Assembly: GCF_001194135.2 (NCBI RefSeq)
Contig: NC_069002.1
Span: 28,372,900-28,436,899, forward strand
Source: Octopus bimaculoides
Taxonomy: Eukaryota
DNA length: 64,000 nt
Direction of reading: 5' to 3'
How positions within the stretch are numbered: the first letter of the stretch is position 1; each line of letters opens with the position of its first letter. The translations under genes and the position numbers were made by a program. This document shows, piece after piece, positions 50,047 through 61,985 of this stretch. The notes below the pieces were generated by a model. That model did not search any database. It was not told the origin of the DNA and saw only the letters and a program-made list of their open reading frames with translations.

Positions 50047-51434
50047 CTCTCTCTCTATCTTTTATGTATATGTGTGTGTATATATATACATATATATATA
50101 GTTCATATCCACTACATTACTTTAAGGCATCATACTTATTAAAACCATTTTTTTTTGTATAAATAATAAATGTGAAATTCCAACGTTTTGTTCCTCCCAA
50201 AGGATCCGGTGTAATTCTTACCGTGCGACTAACTTTTTCCTTCTGCCTTATTAGCTAAAACTCCACATCAAAGCCATTAAAATCTATTTTGGTTAATCCT
50301 CTGCAGATTTCTTCTCAATAAAATATGATTAATAAATCCATGTATTGATGAAACCACACAGAATGATTTCGTGAAAAATATGAACAACATCGATGTGATA
50401 AACGATAGTAAATTAACCTGACAAAAATATTATCTTTCTGGATGAAATGAGTTTATACCGAGAACTCCATCGTTATGTGCTGCCTTTATTCTTCAAAACT
50501 TTGAAAATAACACACATGGAAAATGTCATTTTGTTTTATTACATTCATTCGCGAGCGTTCATAGCTGTGTGGTTGAGAATTTCACTTTGTGACTGAGTTT
50601 GGCGTCGCTGTAGATACTACCTTGCGAAAAACTGTCTTCTGTCCTGGTTTTGAGTCCGCCAATACTTTTTTTCTGTGAACGCCACCCTTTGGGGGGGGGG
50701 TATTTTTGTTCAGGGGCGGAATTTGCTTCAATACCCCCAGCTGGCCAAGTATGTGCCACATTGGTGTCGCTGACTTATTTGACACCAGATATTTTCTACT
50801 CCCCTTTTCTCTCTGTATCTATGAGTGCCAGCATATGTGTGTGTGTGTGTGTGTGTTCCTCCAGCGCCAAAAGGCGCAGTCGTCAAAACAAGCACATTGT
50901 TCAGTCAACCGCACCAAGCAACTAGCATTGAAACAGCTGCGCCNNNNNNNNNNNNNNNNNNNNNNNNNNNNNNNNNNNNNNNNNNNNNNNNNNNNNNNNN
51001 NNNNNNNNNNNNNNNNNNNNNNNNNNNNNNNNNNNNNNNNNNNNNNNNNNNNNNNNNNNCTGTTCCTTTCATCCTTTCGAAATCGATTACAAAGAACCAA
51101 TCCGAGGCCAGTGAGTTGACGAAACCCTAATTGCATCGAACAGAATGCCTTGTAGTATTTGTTCCGAAATCTTACGTTCTGAAATCAAATCCCGCCATGG
51201 CCTTGTTGAGTGTTATATTGAACCCATCGTCCACCGCATTGTGGCATCTTGGGTGCTTTTAGACGGGTCCGTCCACTGAGTTGCAAACATACGGAGCAGG
51301 TTTCCGGTTTGAGGATACGTCCCCCCCCCCACCGCTCATGGTTAGGAGGCTCTATAAAGAGCCATGGGCACTGCTTTCCCTCTTGACTAAAAGACAAAAT
51401 GATGACAACAATAACAACATCAAGAACAGTAATA

Positions 51435-51560
51435 ATCTTTTCTACTATAGACACGAGGCCTGAAATGTTGGAGGAGAGGGTCAGTCGATTACCTCGACAC
51501 CAGTGTTTAACTGCTACATATTTTATCGACCTCGAAAGGATGTAAGGCAAAGTCGAGTCC
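51435..51560 (-). mobile_element. Family B SINE, 3' half
   Basis: TTTTCTACTATAGACACGAGGCCTGAAA..CGAAAGGATGTAAGGCAAAGTCGA. Confidence 0.8.
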
Positions 51561-51988
51561 TAAGACTTGTTTGTCCTTAAACCGATAACAAACTCATCAA
51601 ATTTTGCATTGATGTCGCAGCTTAGCGTAGATTCTTTAAGCTGTCTTTGTTAGCGACTAACAGACAGACGACTGAACAGAGTGACCTAAAGCTATCTGCC
51701 AAAGCAGCGACTAAGAGAGAGATGTCTTTGACACTGGAAGGCTTAGAGAAGGGCTGGTAATTGTCAGCATAGCGCTGGTAAGAATTACGAACTCTACATT
51801 CTTCGACTGGTTTGTTAACCGATATTCTAGTGGCCTGTTTCTGTACGAGTACAAATATCATATTTATTCTCTCAGGAAATTTATTAAAACACAAACATTT
51901 CAAATATTTCTTTTTATTCTCTTTCTTTTCTCTGTACGTTGGCTGTCTTTAAAAATCCAATTTTACTAATTATCTATTCCCCTCTCTC

Positions 51989-52036
<48 letters not shown>

Positions 52037-52967
52037 TACATACAGACAGACACCGTCTGTATGTTTATTTACTTCTCGTTCGTTTTTCAACCACCCATCC
52101 TGTTTGCCTTTCTCCCTGGAGTATTCTTGATCTGTATCAAATGAAATGTAGTTTCTTTTTTTGTTTTTGCTTTTAAGGACGTCTATATCTGCAACACACA
52201 ACGCACAAAAAATGTACCCGACCGTGAATTGCGCGATATTTCAAATAGAAATTTGTTCAGTTGTTCGCATTACTTCCGTAACGTGAAGCAACACTACAAA
52301 TTCTGTGGGACTGGAAAAGTAGTTCAAAATATAATCAAAATATAACTGTAATATGAACCTTGCAGACTACAGAGAGTTTCAAAATTAAGAAAACAATTAC
52401 TTCTGCTAGAACAATTTTGGTTAGTTTTTACATTATCTCCATCGCACTGGAATGTTTCATCGAAAAACCACATATTTATGTCAGCTGTTTAAGGAATGAC
52501 TTCAACTATGGACCGTTGTTTTTAGTCGGCGATAGAATTTCGACATATTACAAGAGAGAGAGAGAGAGAGAGAGACTGAGTATGTAACTTATATAGAGTG
52601 CCATGAGGAAGTTGAATGAAGATTCACCAAAATAACAGCCAAGTGTTGCATATGATTAAATAAGTCCATTAAGTTTCTGGTTTCCGTCTAGCTCTCTCTT
52701 TGTACTTTACTATTACGTTTAGGGATAACAAAACGGTTAACTATTTGGTAGAACTCAGTATACAGATGCCTTAGAATAAAGCGCTAGGCGAGTACAGGGC
52801 GGACTGTTAATTATTGAACTACTGGGGAGCAGGAATTACAGGGAAATCTTCATTAGCTAACCGCTGTTTCTGCTTCGAGAAGTTCTGCATTCAGAGCTCA
52901 GTGTTGGTGCAACATCTTATACCTTCCCCGGAGCCGCTACAAAGACATACACACACAGATATATATA

Positions 52968-53132
52968 CACGACGGGTTTCTTTCAGTTTCCATCTACCAA
53001 ATCCACTCAAAGGGCTTTGGTCGGCTCGAGGCTATAGTAGGAGACACTTTCCCAAGGTGCCACGCAGTGGGACTGAACCCAGAAGTATGTGGTTGAGAAG
53101 CAAGCTTCTTACCACATAGCCACTCCTGCATC
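52968..53132 (-). mobile_element. Family A SINE head half
   Basis: CCCAAGGTGCCACGCAGTGGGACTGAACCC..CCACTCCTGC. Confidence 0.85.
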
Positions 53133-53159
53133 TACTCACACACACACACATGACGTATG

Positions 53160-53426
53160 AGTGTTCAGTTTCTGCCGAATGACCTGCACAATTGATTTGT
53201 TTATATTAATCAAATGTTCTTGCCACACATTAGCTCATTCTCTCCATTAAATCGACGTTACCTGAACAGGTGCACACAGGTGTGCCACACGTCAGGTGTC
53301 AAAGTGATTGCAAAGTAACGTGGAATGAAATCTTTTGCTCAAAAACACAACATACTACCCGTTGCAAGGATTGAAACCACGGTCTCGCGATCGTGTGTGC
53401 AACACTCTAACCACTAAACCACGTGT
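53160..53426 (-). mobile_element. tRNA/CORE-type SINE, family D
   Basis: Minus strand GGTTTAGTGGTTAGAG..GGTTTCAATCC..TGTTTTTGAGCAAAAGATTTCATTCCACGTT. Confidence 0.7.
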
Positions 53427-53427
53427 C

Positions 53428-53470
<43 letters not shown>

Positions 53471-54027
53471 CATCGATTCCAGTACTTCACGGCAATTTAA
53501 TTTTATCGAGCCGGGTGAGATGAAAGGCAAGAATTATGTAATGTATAAATTACTTCCTTAACTACAGCTTCAGGTGTCGGAACCTTTCAAGTATTATCCA
53601 AACTACCAATTTTTATTTTACTTTCAATTTTTACTCTGATCTATTTATTATTTTTTTTTAAAAAGGTGAAAATATACGGGTACAGCGAACATAATAGTAA
53701 TAAATATTTCAAGAAGCATACGTGACACTATCAATGTCTAGCATTTCAACTTACCTACCTACCAATCTACCTGCCAGTCTAACATTTTTTATCTGTCACC
53801 AACCATCGCTGTCAACACCAATATACGATTTTTACGTCTGACTTGACGCAAATATTCGTCTTCTTCACAAGAAGAAACTCAAGTGAGTCGTTTCTTGAAA
53901 ATACATTTAGTCTTGTAATCTACTTATTCGAACTGTCCAGGGAGTCAATACGTGTGTCACATAATAAACAGCTTATTTGCTTCAAAGATGCTTACATACT
54001 GCACACACAGTGATTATTCTCTTTCTC

Positions 54028-54082
<55 letters not shown>

Positions 54083-54214
54083 ACTTTCTATAAGCAAAAG
54101 GAAGGGAAAAAAAAACATCTATCTGCTTTATATGACTTGTTCATGAATTCAATCTCTTAAACCATATTTTATTTTCCTCTCCCCACTACATTTATTATTA
54201 TTATTATTATTATT

Positions 54215-54255
<41 letters not shown>

Positions 54256-54429
54256 CATCATCATCGACATCACTGATGTTGGGCCTTTACTAATGGACTA
54301 TTTAGCAATAAAATTATATGCTACCGATTCCCCATACGGTTGTTTTCTTTACAAGTTAAGAAATGATTCCAAAGAATTTATTTTGATAAAACTAAGTTAT
54401 TTCCTGGGTGGCTTGTTGACGGTGGCCTG

Positions 54430-55335
54430 CTGCTGAATCGTTAGAGAGAGTCTGATAAACTTGCTTTGCCGTATTTAATTCGAATTTTCCTTCATTTTGA
54501 GCTCAAATTCCGTAGAGGTCAGCTTTGCTGGGGTCGGTAGAATAAGTACCAACTGCGTACTGGAATCGATGTAATCCACAATAATCCCTTCTTTAAAATT
54601 GCTGGCCTTGTGCTAGAATTTGAAGTCATCGTTTGAACACTAGACAAAATGAGTTGCGTTATTTGATCCAGTTCTGTACATTCTGAGTTCAAATCCCACA
54701 GAGGTTAAATCTGAGGACATAGGGGCTGAATTTAATTATTTTTACTTCGTTCGATAACGCTGGTGTTTCCAATTTCACTTCCTACTGTTCACAGACATAA
54801 AAATACTAATTAGAACTCTCTTTTCTTTTATATTTCTTTTATCTATTACTGTTATTGGGCTGCGCCTATGCTGGGGCAGTGCTTTGAAAGTTTTAGTCTA
54901 GTCACCGGCAAACTGCAGCTCGGGTAACTTTCTGAATGGCATATGCGGCCCGCTTCTTCATAAAAGTTGACTATGCCTGGTTTAGTCAAACAAATCGACT
55001 CCAGTATTTATTGTTTCTTTGTCTCCAAGCCGATTTGAGTTAGGGACGTAAACAAACCAGCACCGACATTCACACGGTGGCGGGGGCAAATACACACACG
55101 AGCGCATATATACATACATGTATGTATATCTATCTATATATGCATATACGACTGGTTTCACACACACACATATACGACTGGTTTCCACACAGTTACTGTC
55201 TACCAAATTTATTCACAAGACATTGGTCAGCCCTGGGCTATATAGTGGAAAACACTTACCTAAGGTACTGCGCAGCGGGAATGAACCCGAAAACCAGGTT
55301 ATTACAAAGCGAACTTCTTTAACCATACTGTCACG
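54430..55335. mobile_element. Family B SINEs (+, 54430-54710) and family A SINE (-, 54845-55335)
   Basis: Match to families A and B. Confidence 0.75.
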
Positions 55336-56472
55336 CTTGTGTCATCTATGTTAGCAATCGATCTGTTTATTAACCTTTAGTACGTTGTATGTGCATCATG
55401 TCACCGTATGCGTTCTCTCCCCTGTAGTAACAGGGCGGTGGCAGAGGAAACAATTCTAGAGAAATTCAGTGTGTTAAAGGTTAGTGACTTCAGTCACGTT
55501 TTTCCAATCACTTTGTCCTGAACAGTTTCCTTTCTTAGTACATGTTCGTTTCTTTTAGATTGCATGAGATATTGTCGCCTTTGTCATATAGAACAGAGAC
55601 TTGTTACCTTATTTTAGACTTTGAAAGGAAAATATTACGCAGATAGGACTATGTCTTTGGAGTTTTAATTCCGAGGAAACCTATTTTATTCAATATCACC
55701 TTGATGTTGCCGCTTTTTGCTTTAGGCCAACCTGCATTTCGTATATGAGAAGGTTTCATTTCATTATTAAATAATAAGCGTTTGCGTTAGTTAATTCATT
55801 TAGCAAATTACGGTTAATTTAATTAAAACAAAGAATAAATAAATAAATAAAAAGTGGCGGGTGAAAACGGCACTGATATTATTTGATAATAGTCATAGGA
55901 TTTTATATGTATGTGTATGTGTGTGCATGTATGTGTGTGTGTGTGTGCAGGTTTGTGCATGTATGTGTGAATATACATATGCGCATGTGCGTGTATATAT
56001 GTGTAAGTGTATATATATATATGTGTATGTATATATGTCTATACGTGTAAGTGTATATGTGTGTGTGTGAATGTATATGTTTGTATATATATATATATAC
56101 ATATATGTGTGTGCGTGCAATATATACATAAGTATTGTTAACAACACGATACAAGATTTCTAAGGGAAGAAAGAACTTTTTTCCCCTTCTGCGACACTTT
56201 ATCACCCTCCCTTTAAGTACTCTCAGCAAGAATTAACAAACTTTCTAACTTCTATAAATTTAGCTTTCAGCAGTTTTTTTTTCAACTATCACATGATACT
56301 ACATGATACTGCATGTAGCTTCTTCGCACCCACCCCACATGCACTCAACCCTTCCACACACAACCCTCCAACTCCACCATATATATACATATAAGCATAA
56401 ACGCATAAACATTGAAGCGACACATATTTTGCAAGAAGGAAAGCTTACGTGCACAATCAAAACAGAAATAAG

Positions 56473-56524
<52 letters not shown>

Positions 56525-56974
56525 GTATATATATATAGTCTGTCTTCCTGTGCTATTTCTTTTTGTTGTTTATTGTCAATACACCAAACTATTGCACTCG
56601 TTAACATAAATGCCAAGAAATATCTTAAAACAGATTATTCTACTCTAGTTAGCAGTTATTTTGTATATATTAGATATGTGTGTCTTCACGCCCTTTCTCT
56701 CTCTCTTTCCTAAACAACTGGCAACCCCAATTCTCACTCGATCTACATTCCATCCTCAATGCAAATCTTAAATTTTCTTTTTGCATCTTAAAGCAATCTT
56801 CCCTTTCTTCTGCCGCCACCTCCCATAAGAATTCGACTTTCGTAGTTGCCCAGTTTCGTCTATAATATGGAAATATTTATATAAAGTAAGAACGTTGGCG
56901 TCGCCATCTTTATTATTTTATTTGTTAATTGGTGAGTTTTTCAAGATGATTGAGAATGGATTGAAATGGACGGT

Positions 56975-57335
56975 CGACAGTTTTGCAGAGCTGTGAGAAC
57001 GCTTTGCAGTATTTGTAACGGATCTTTACGTTCTGAGCTCAAATTCCGCCTAGGTCAACTTTACTGTTCATTCCTCCGCGATCAATTAAATACTGAGAAA
57101 TAATGTCAACAGATTCAACTAAACTCTCCCCACAAATTACGGGAATCGGTAGAGTGTCAATCAAAATACCTTGCAGTATTTGCTCTACCTCTTTGCATTC
57201 TGAATTCAAATCCCGCCGGGATCGTCTTTGCCTTTTATCGTTGATGAAATCTAAGCATCAATTTATCACTGGAGTCGATGTAATCGACGAGCCTCCTCCT
57301 CTAAAATTTCAGACCTTGTACCTATTGTAGCAAAG
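56975..57335 (+). mobile_element. Two tandem family B SINEs
   Basis: TTTACGTTCTGAGCTCAAATTCC and ATTCTGAATTCAAATCCC heads; the last copy ends in (ATT)n. Confidence 0.75.
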
Positions 57336-57690
57336 ATTATTATTGTTATTATTATTATCTCTTTATCGCGGGTTTGGTTGGAGCTCCTGGCGTCTTGCAT
57401 GCGTAGCGGGCTTACTACCTGCAGCCTACGGTACCATGCTATCCATTCTTTTCAGCTATCTAATACTTTCCTGATTATTCTGGCCGTGCCAAGTAGGCAA
57501 ACCTTTTGTAACAGTTCTACTTGGCATTCTATTCCAATTTCCATTATAGTCCTCTTGACGCTTTCTGATACTGTTCTCAAGGACTCAACAATAATTGGCA
57601 CTACCTTCATCTTCTTCATTTTCCATAGCCGGGTTATTTTGTACTTCAGAGGATTGTGTCTATTTTCGTACTTAAGAGGGTTTATCATTA
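57335..57690 (-). mobile_element. 5'-truncated R4/Dong-type LINE: endonuclease C-terminus, 3' UTR and (AAT)n tail
   Basis: Minus ORF 57452-57688 ..KITRLWKMKKMKVVPIIVESLRTV..ELLQKVCLLGTARIIRKVL matches the RLE C-terminal pattern (RLWxxxxxVVPxVxGxLG..LQKxxLLGTARIxRxVL); flanked by AAT/ATT tracts. Confidence 0.8.
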
Positions 57691-58449
57691 TTATTATTAC
57701 TATTATTATTATTATTATTATTAAGGTTTACTGATTTGAGTTCGATGATACTGGCTTTTATTAATCCTAATGACTTAATACTTATTTCGATCCGGTAATC
57801 ATCTTATTGCTCTCCATAGTATCGCTTCAACACTGTAGGACTCAATACTGGTTACATAAGTGTAAACTAGGTGTAAACTATACACGGAGATAAGCAGATA
57901 TGCAAGTGGGACTGCTGAATATATTGGTCACAAGATATTCTCTGTGAACACATATTCAAATCATTTTATATTGTATGACTCTCGCGACTTGGATATCTCA
58001 GTTTCCTGTGAAACATATACAATCATCAGTGAACGAAAAACTTTCATAATACCAATAATACACGTCTAATTTATGGTAACGTGTATATGTGTATGTATAT
58101 GTATGTATCTGTGCCGTGTGTATGTAGTTAATTGAATGTTGACGTTTTTATAGAATTGCCTCGTACGGAACGTTCTAGTGACGATGAGACATCAAGTGAA
58201 ACCAAACTCTACTGCATGTCTTGAGGATAAGCCTGTGTTCCTCAGTGTGTGTGTTCATTCGTACGTTGTCTTTTGTCAGACAAATGAGAGAGGAGTGCTC
58301 AATACATATTGTAGAGAACGTTCCTTTATCTTTTCACTGAAACTGAAAGTCTGCCTCGTGACTGCGCTCGCCTGGAGATCACAATGGCGTGAAACTGGAG
58401 TCGTGAGACAAACTTTCAGTTTTAAAAAAAAACTCTAATGTAATTTTAT

Positions 58450-58775
58450 TCTTATTTCAGTCATTCGACTGCAGCCATGCTGGGGTACAACGGCCTTTTA
58501 AGTGTTTAGTCAATGAAATCGACCCAAGTGCTTATTTTTAAGGATAGTACTTCTCTTTTCGCTAAACTGCTCAGTTAAACGAATTTAATCAGACCAAAAA
58601 TGGTCGACAGGTAATGAAATAAACGCACACACATACATGACGGGTTTCGGCACAGTTTCCAAATTTACTCGCAAAATATTAACACGAGACTATAGCTGAA
58701 GACAGTTGACCAAGGTGCTACGCAGTGGGACAGAAACCAAAACCACATGCTCGCGAAAGACTTCTCAATCATATA
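58450..58775 (-). mobile_element. Decayed family A SINE
   Basis: TTTCAGTCATTCGACTGCAGCCATGCTGG..CAAGGTGCTACGCAGTGGGACAGAAACC. Confidence 0.75.
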
Positions 58776-59114
58776 GGCAGATAATTTGTGCTCAACATAA
58801 TGACAGGCTGACTTTTCCTCACAAGTAATATCTCAATAACAATAGTTATTCAATATATAGTTACACAAATTTATATACGTTTCGTATAATAGTCCTTCAT
58901 CAGATATTGAAACAGAATTCTTGAATCACATTAAGTTGTATTAGAGTTAGAACACTACTTCCTATGAGATGGTTACCGTTTTAAACTTGGCTGGAATGAA
59001 TTGTAGGGTATTTATTTGACTTTACACTCGATCATAGCATTTCATAGACTGCTGTTAAAAACACTGTATCTAATGAGGACACCGTTAAGCAGAAAAAGAA
59101 AGAGGGAAAAACAC

Positions 59115-59145
<31 letters not shown>

Positions 59146-59507
59146 TGGGTGTGGGTGTGTGTGTGTGTGTGCACGTGTGAGAGAATTTTATGAAATGCTT
59201 CTATGACTGATTGTTTGCGTCGAAACAGTTCCATTAAGAATGCATTAACGTGACCAATTTATGAATAACTTTTAATATTTTCAATGTCCATTTACTCTCT
59301 GCATTTAGAAAACGACAGCTACTTTATAATATTCCAACGGATTTTCGCGAATTAAGAAAAGAAATATAATAATAGTAATAATATTAACAAAGTGGAGACA
59401 AATAACAAAATTCTCTTCATTGGCAATTTTTTTAACCTTCTCTTAGATTCTTTATGCTGAAAAATGATCAGAACTGAGCTGGATAATAATAATAATAATA
59501 ATAATAA

Positions 59508-59881
59508 TGCAAGGTGGCAGAATCCTTACTGCAGCAGAGAAAATGCTTGCCAACATCTTCTATTAGCTTTGCGTTCTGGGTTCAAATTCCACTGAGGTCG
59601 ACATACCTTTCTTTCTTATGGAGTAGATTTAGTCAACTTAGCCAGCAAGTTCGAATGAGATGTTTTGTGAGAGATTCGTTAGGACGCTGAGCGAAATGTT
59701 TAGCGGCCTTTTCTTCTGTCTGCACGTTCTGAGCTCGAATTCCTGTCTAGGTCAACATTGTCTTTCATCCTTTCGGGGTCGATAAAATAACTACCAGTTG
59801 AACACTAGCGGTTGGGGTGGGGGTTAATGTAATCGACTTAACCCATTTCCCCAAATTGCTGGCCTTGTGTCAAAATTTGAA

Positions 59882-59927
<46 letters not shown>

Positions 59928-59930
59928 CTG
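59508..59930 (+). mobile_element. Two family B SINEs between (AAT)n and (ATT)n tracts
   Basis: (AAT)n 59483-59508 precedes the first head; (ATT)n 59882-59925 follows the second tail. Confidence 0.85.
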
Positions 59931-60632
59931 CCAAAGACCAGTGCAATGATATTCTTATCCACAAACAAATAAAGAACAATAAAATTTTTATATCTATTTA
60001 TTTTATATTAGTCTTGTCTTTCCGCTCGAAACGCGTGCATAAAAAAGGCAGGCATGCGCATTCATGAATATGATAATAAATAAGATGAATTTTAATCGCG
60101 GCAAAATACGTAAGATTCCCATTTGAAACAAAGTGAAAAGCTTTTGCAATATTAAGTTCCATTAAGCTAAGTAAGGCGTATACCGAGGATGCTTCCGGTC
60201 TATCAAATAAAAATGATGTGTTTTTATCAGAGAGGATGTTTGCTGACGGATATGGAGCTGACAAGTATTTCAAGAAAAATAAGTTTTCTGTGATAGAAAA
60301 TAGTCTGCTATTAGGAATATTTACTCTGTACAAGTTGAAGTGAATCCTATAGTTGGTGTCATGTTTATAGCTAAATATTATTTTGTGTCAGATATTGAGA
60401 AAGTATGGAGTCGATGGAACTACAGTTGGATATACCTTGGTATATAATAAGCTGTCACATAAATGACAGCACGCGTTTGCACACGCATGTATGTAGGTGT
60501 TTGTTTGTGTATGTATGTACGTATGTATAATAACAAACCATTCCAAATCCTGGTTAGTGTCCTCGTAAGTGGTGTCTGGACAGGTATCAAATCGTATAAG
60601 ATATAATATTAAAGTGAAACCAAATAACGATA

Positions 60633-60720
60633 CAGTAATCCCTCGACTATCGCGCGTTACGTTCCAAAATCCCTCGTGATAGGTGAAAATCCATGAAGTA
60701 AAAACAGTACTGTATATTAT
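60633..60720 (+). mobile_element. Tigger-like DNA transposon end fragment
   Basis: TA|CAGTAATCCCTCGACTATCGCG terminal motif; no matching second end seen. Confidence 0.5.
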
Positions 60721-60759
60721 TTTTTAATTATTTTTTATAATTTGTATAAATTTTATAAG

Positions 60760-60927
60760 TCGATTACACCGACCCCAGTGTTCAACAGGTACTTACTTTA
60801 TCGACTCCGAAAGGATGACGGGCAAAGTCGACCGCGGCGGAATTTGAACTCAGAACGTAGCGACGGGCGAAATACCGCCAGGCATTTCGTCCAGTGTGCT
60901 AACGACTCTGCCAGCTCGCCGCCGCCT
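60760..60927 (-). mobile_element. Family B SINE
   Basis: CGGCGGAATTTGAACTCAGAACG..GCTAACGACTCTGCCAGCTCGCCGCC. Confidence 0.9.
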
Positions 60928-61002
60928 GCAATTAATAATAATAATAATGTTTCGTAAGTTTAAAGCTTATAAGCTATCATTGTGCATTGACTAAGGTGAA
61001 TA

Positions 61003-61114
61003 GTCTAATATTGTGGCATATAAACCCTCGACGGAAAAAAGTAGGGTTCTCGTCCCACGCGTACGGGAACCCTATTTTTATTCCGTCGAGGGTTTATATG
61101 CCCCAATATTAGAC
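61003..61114. repeat. Near-perfect 112-bp palindrome (about 51-bp arms, 9-nt loop)
   Basis: GTCTAATATTG(T/G)GGCATATAAACCCTCGACGGAA..TAGGGTTC(T/C)CGT arms; loop CCCACGCGT. Confidence 0.95.
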
Positions 61115-61176
61115 AATTTTCTGTAGACCTTGCATAGTTAGAATATTAAGTTATAATATTTTATAATTAATATATT

Positions 61177-61503
61177 AGGCGCAGGAGTGACTGTGTGGTA
61201 AGAAGCTTGCTTCCCAACCATATAGTTCGAGGTTCAATCCCACTGCATGGCACCTTGAACAAGTATCTCCTACTATAGTCTCGGACCGACCAAAGCCTTG
61301 TACTTGTGTGTCTGTTTGTTCCTCGACCATCGCTTGACAAACGATGTTGGTGACTTTACGTCCGCGTAACATAGCGGTTCAGCAAAAGAGACCGACGAAA
61401 TAATTATAAGCTTATAAAGAATAAGTCCTGGGGTCGACTTGTTCGACTAAAGGCGGTGCTCCAGCATGGCTACACAGTCAAGTGACTGAAACAAGTAAAA
61501 GAG
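61177..61503 (+). mobile_element. Family A SINE with internal deletion
   Basis: Head GGCGCAGGAGTGACTGTGTGG and tail GACTGAAACAAGTAAAAGAG. Confidence 0.9.
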
Positions 61504-61749
61504 TATATATATANNNNNNNNNNNNNNNNNNNNNNNNNNNNNNNNNNNNNNNNNNNNNNNNNNNNNNNNNNNNNNNNNNNNNNNNNNNNNNNNNNNNNNN
61601 NNNNNNNNNNNNNNNNNNNNNNNNNNNNNNNNNNNNNNNNNNNNNNNNNNNNNNNNNNNNNNNNNNNNNNNNNNNNNNNNNNNNNNNNNNNNNNNNNNNN
61701 NNNNNNNNNATATATATATATATATATATATACATACATATACATAGAT

Positions 61750-61935
61750 ATTATCTTCGAAACGTCTAGTTAGAATAGAGGCAGCTGACGAAGGATTAAT
61801 TCCAAGTGGCTATCTGTTTTCCTATGTGTTCGTTTCGTTGTCTGTAGTTCATTGTTCTAACGTCCTGTACCCTGATATGCATCTATATACACATGTAGAT
61901 GTAAGTATGTACATATATGTGTGTATACATGCATA
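61750..61935 (+). mobile_element. Penelope-type terminal repeat fragment in (TA)n
   Basis: GAAACGTC at 61759-61766 and CTGACGA-A-GGA-TTAAT-TCC at 61785-61803 (two hammerhead halves, the second lacking GAAA). Confidence 0.45.
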
Positions 61936-61951
61936 TATATTCTTTGTATTA

Positions 61952-61985
<34 letters not shown>

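Noticed and set aside
55428-55479. Cryptic exon with a good acceptor (TTCTCTCCCCTGTAG) and donor (AAG|GTTAGT)
   Set aside because: In phase 1 it stops (VTGRWQRKQF*) and has no tincar similarity; it could be a non-coding or poison exon but is unsupported.
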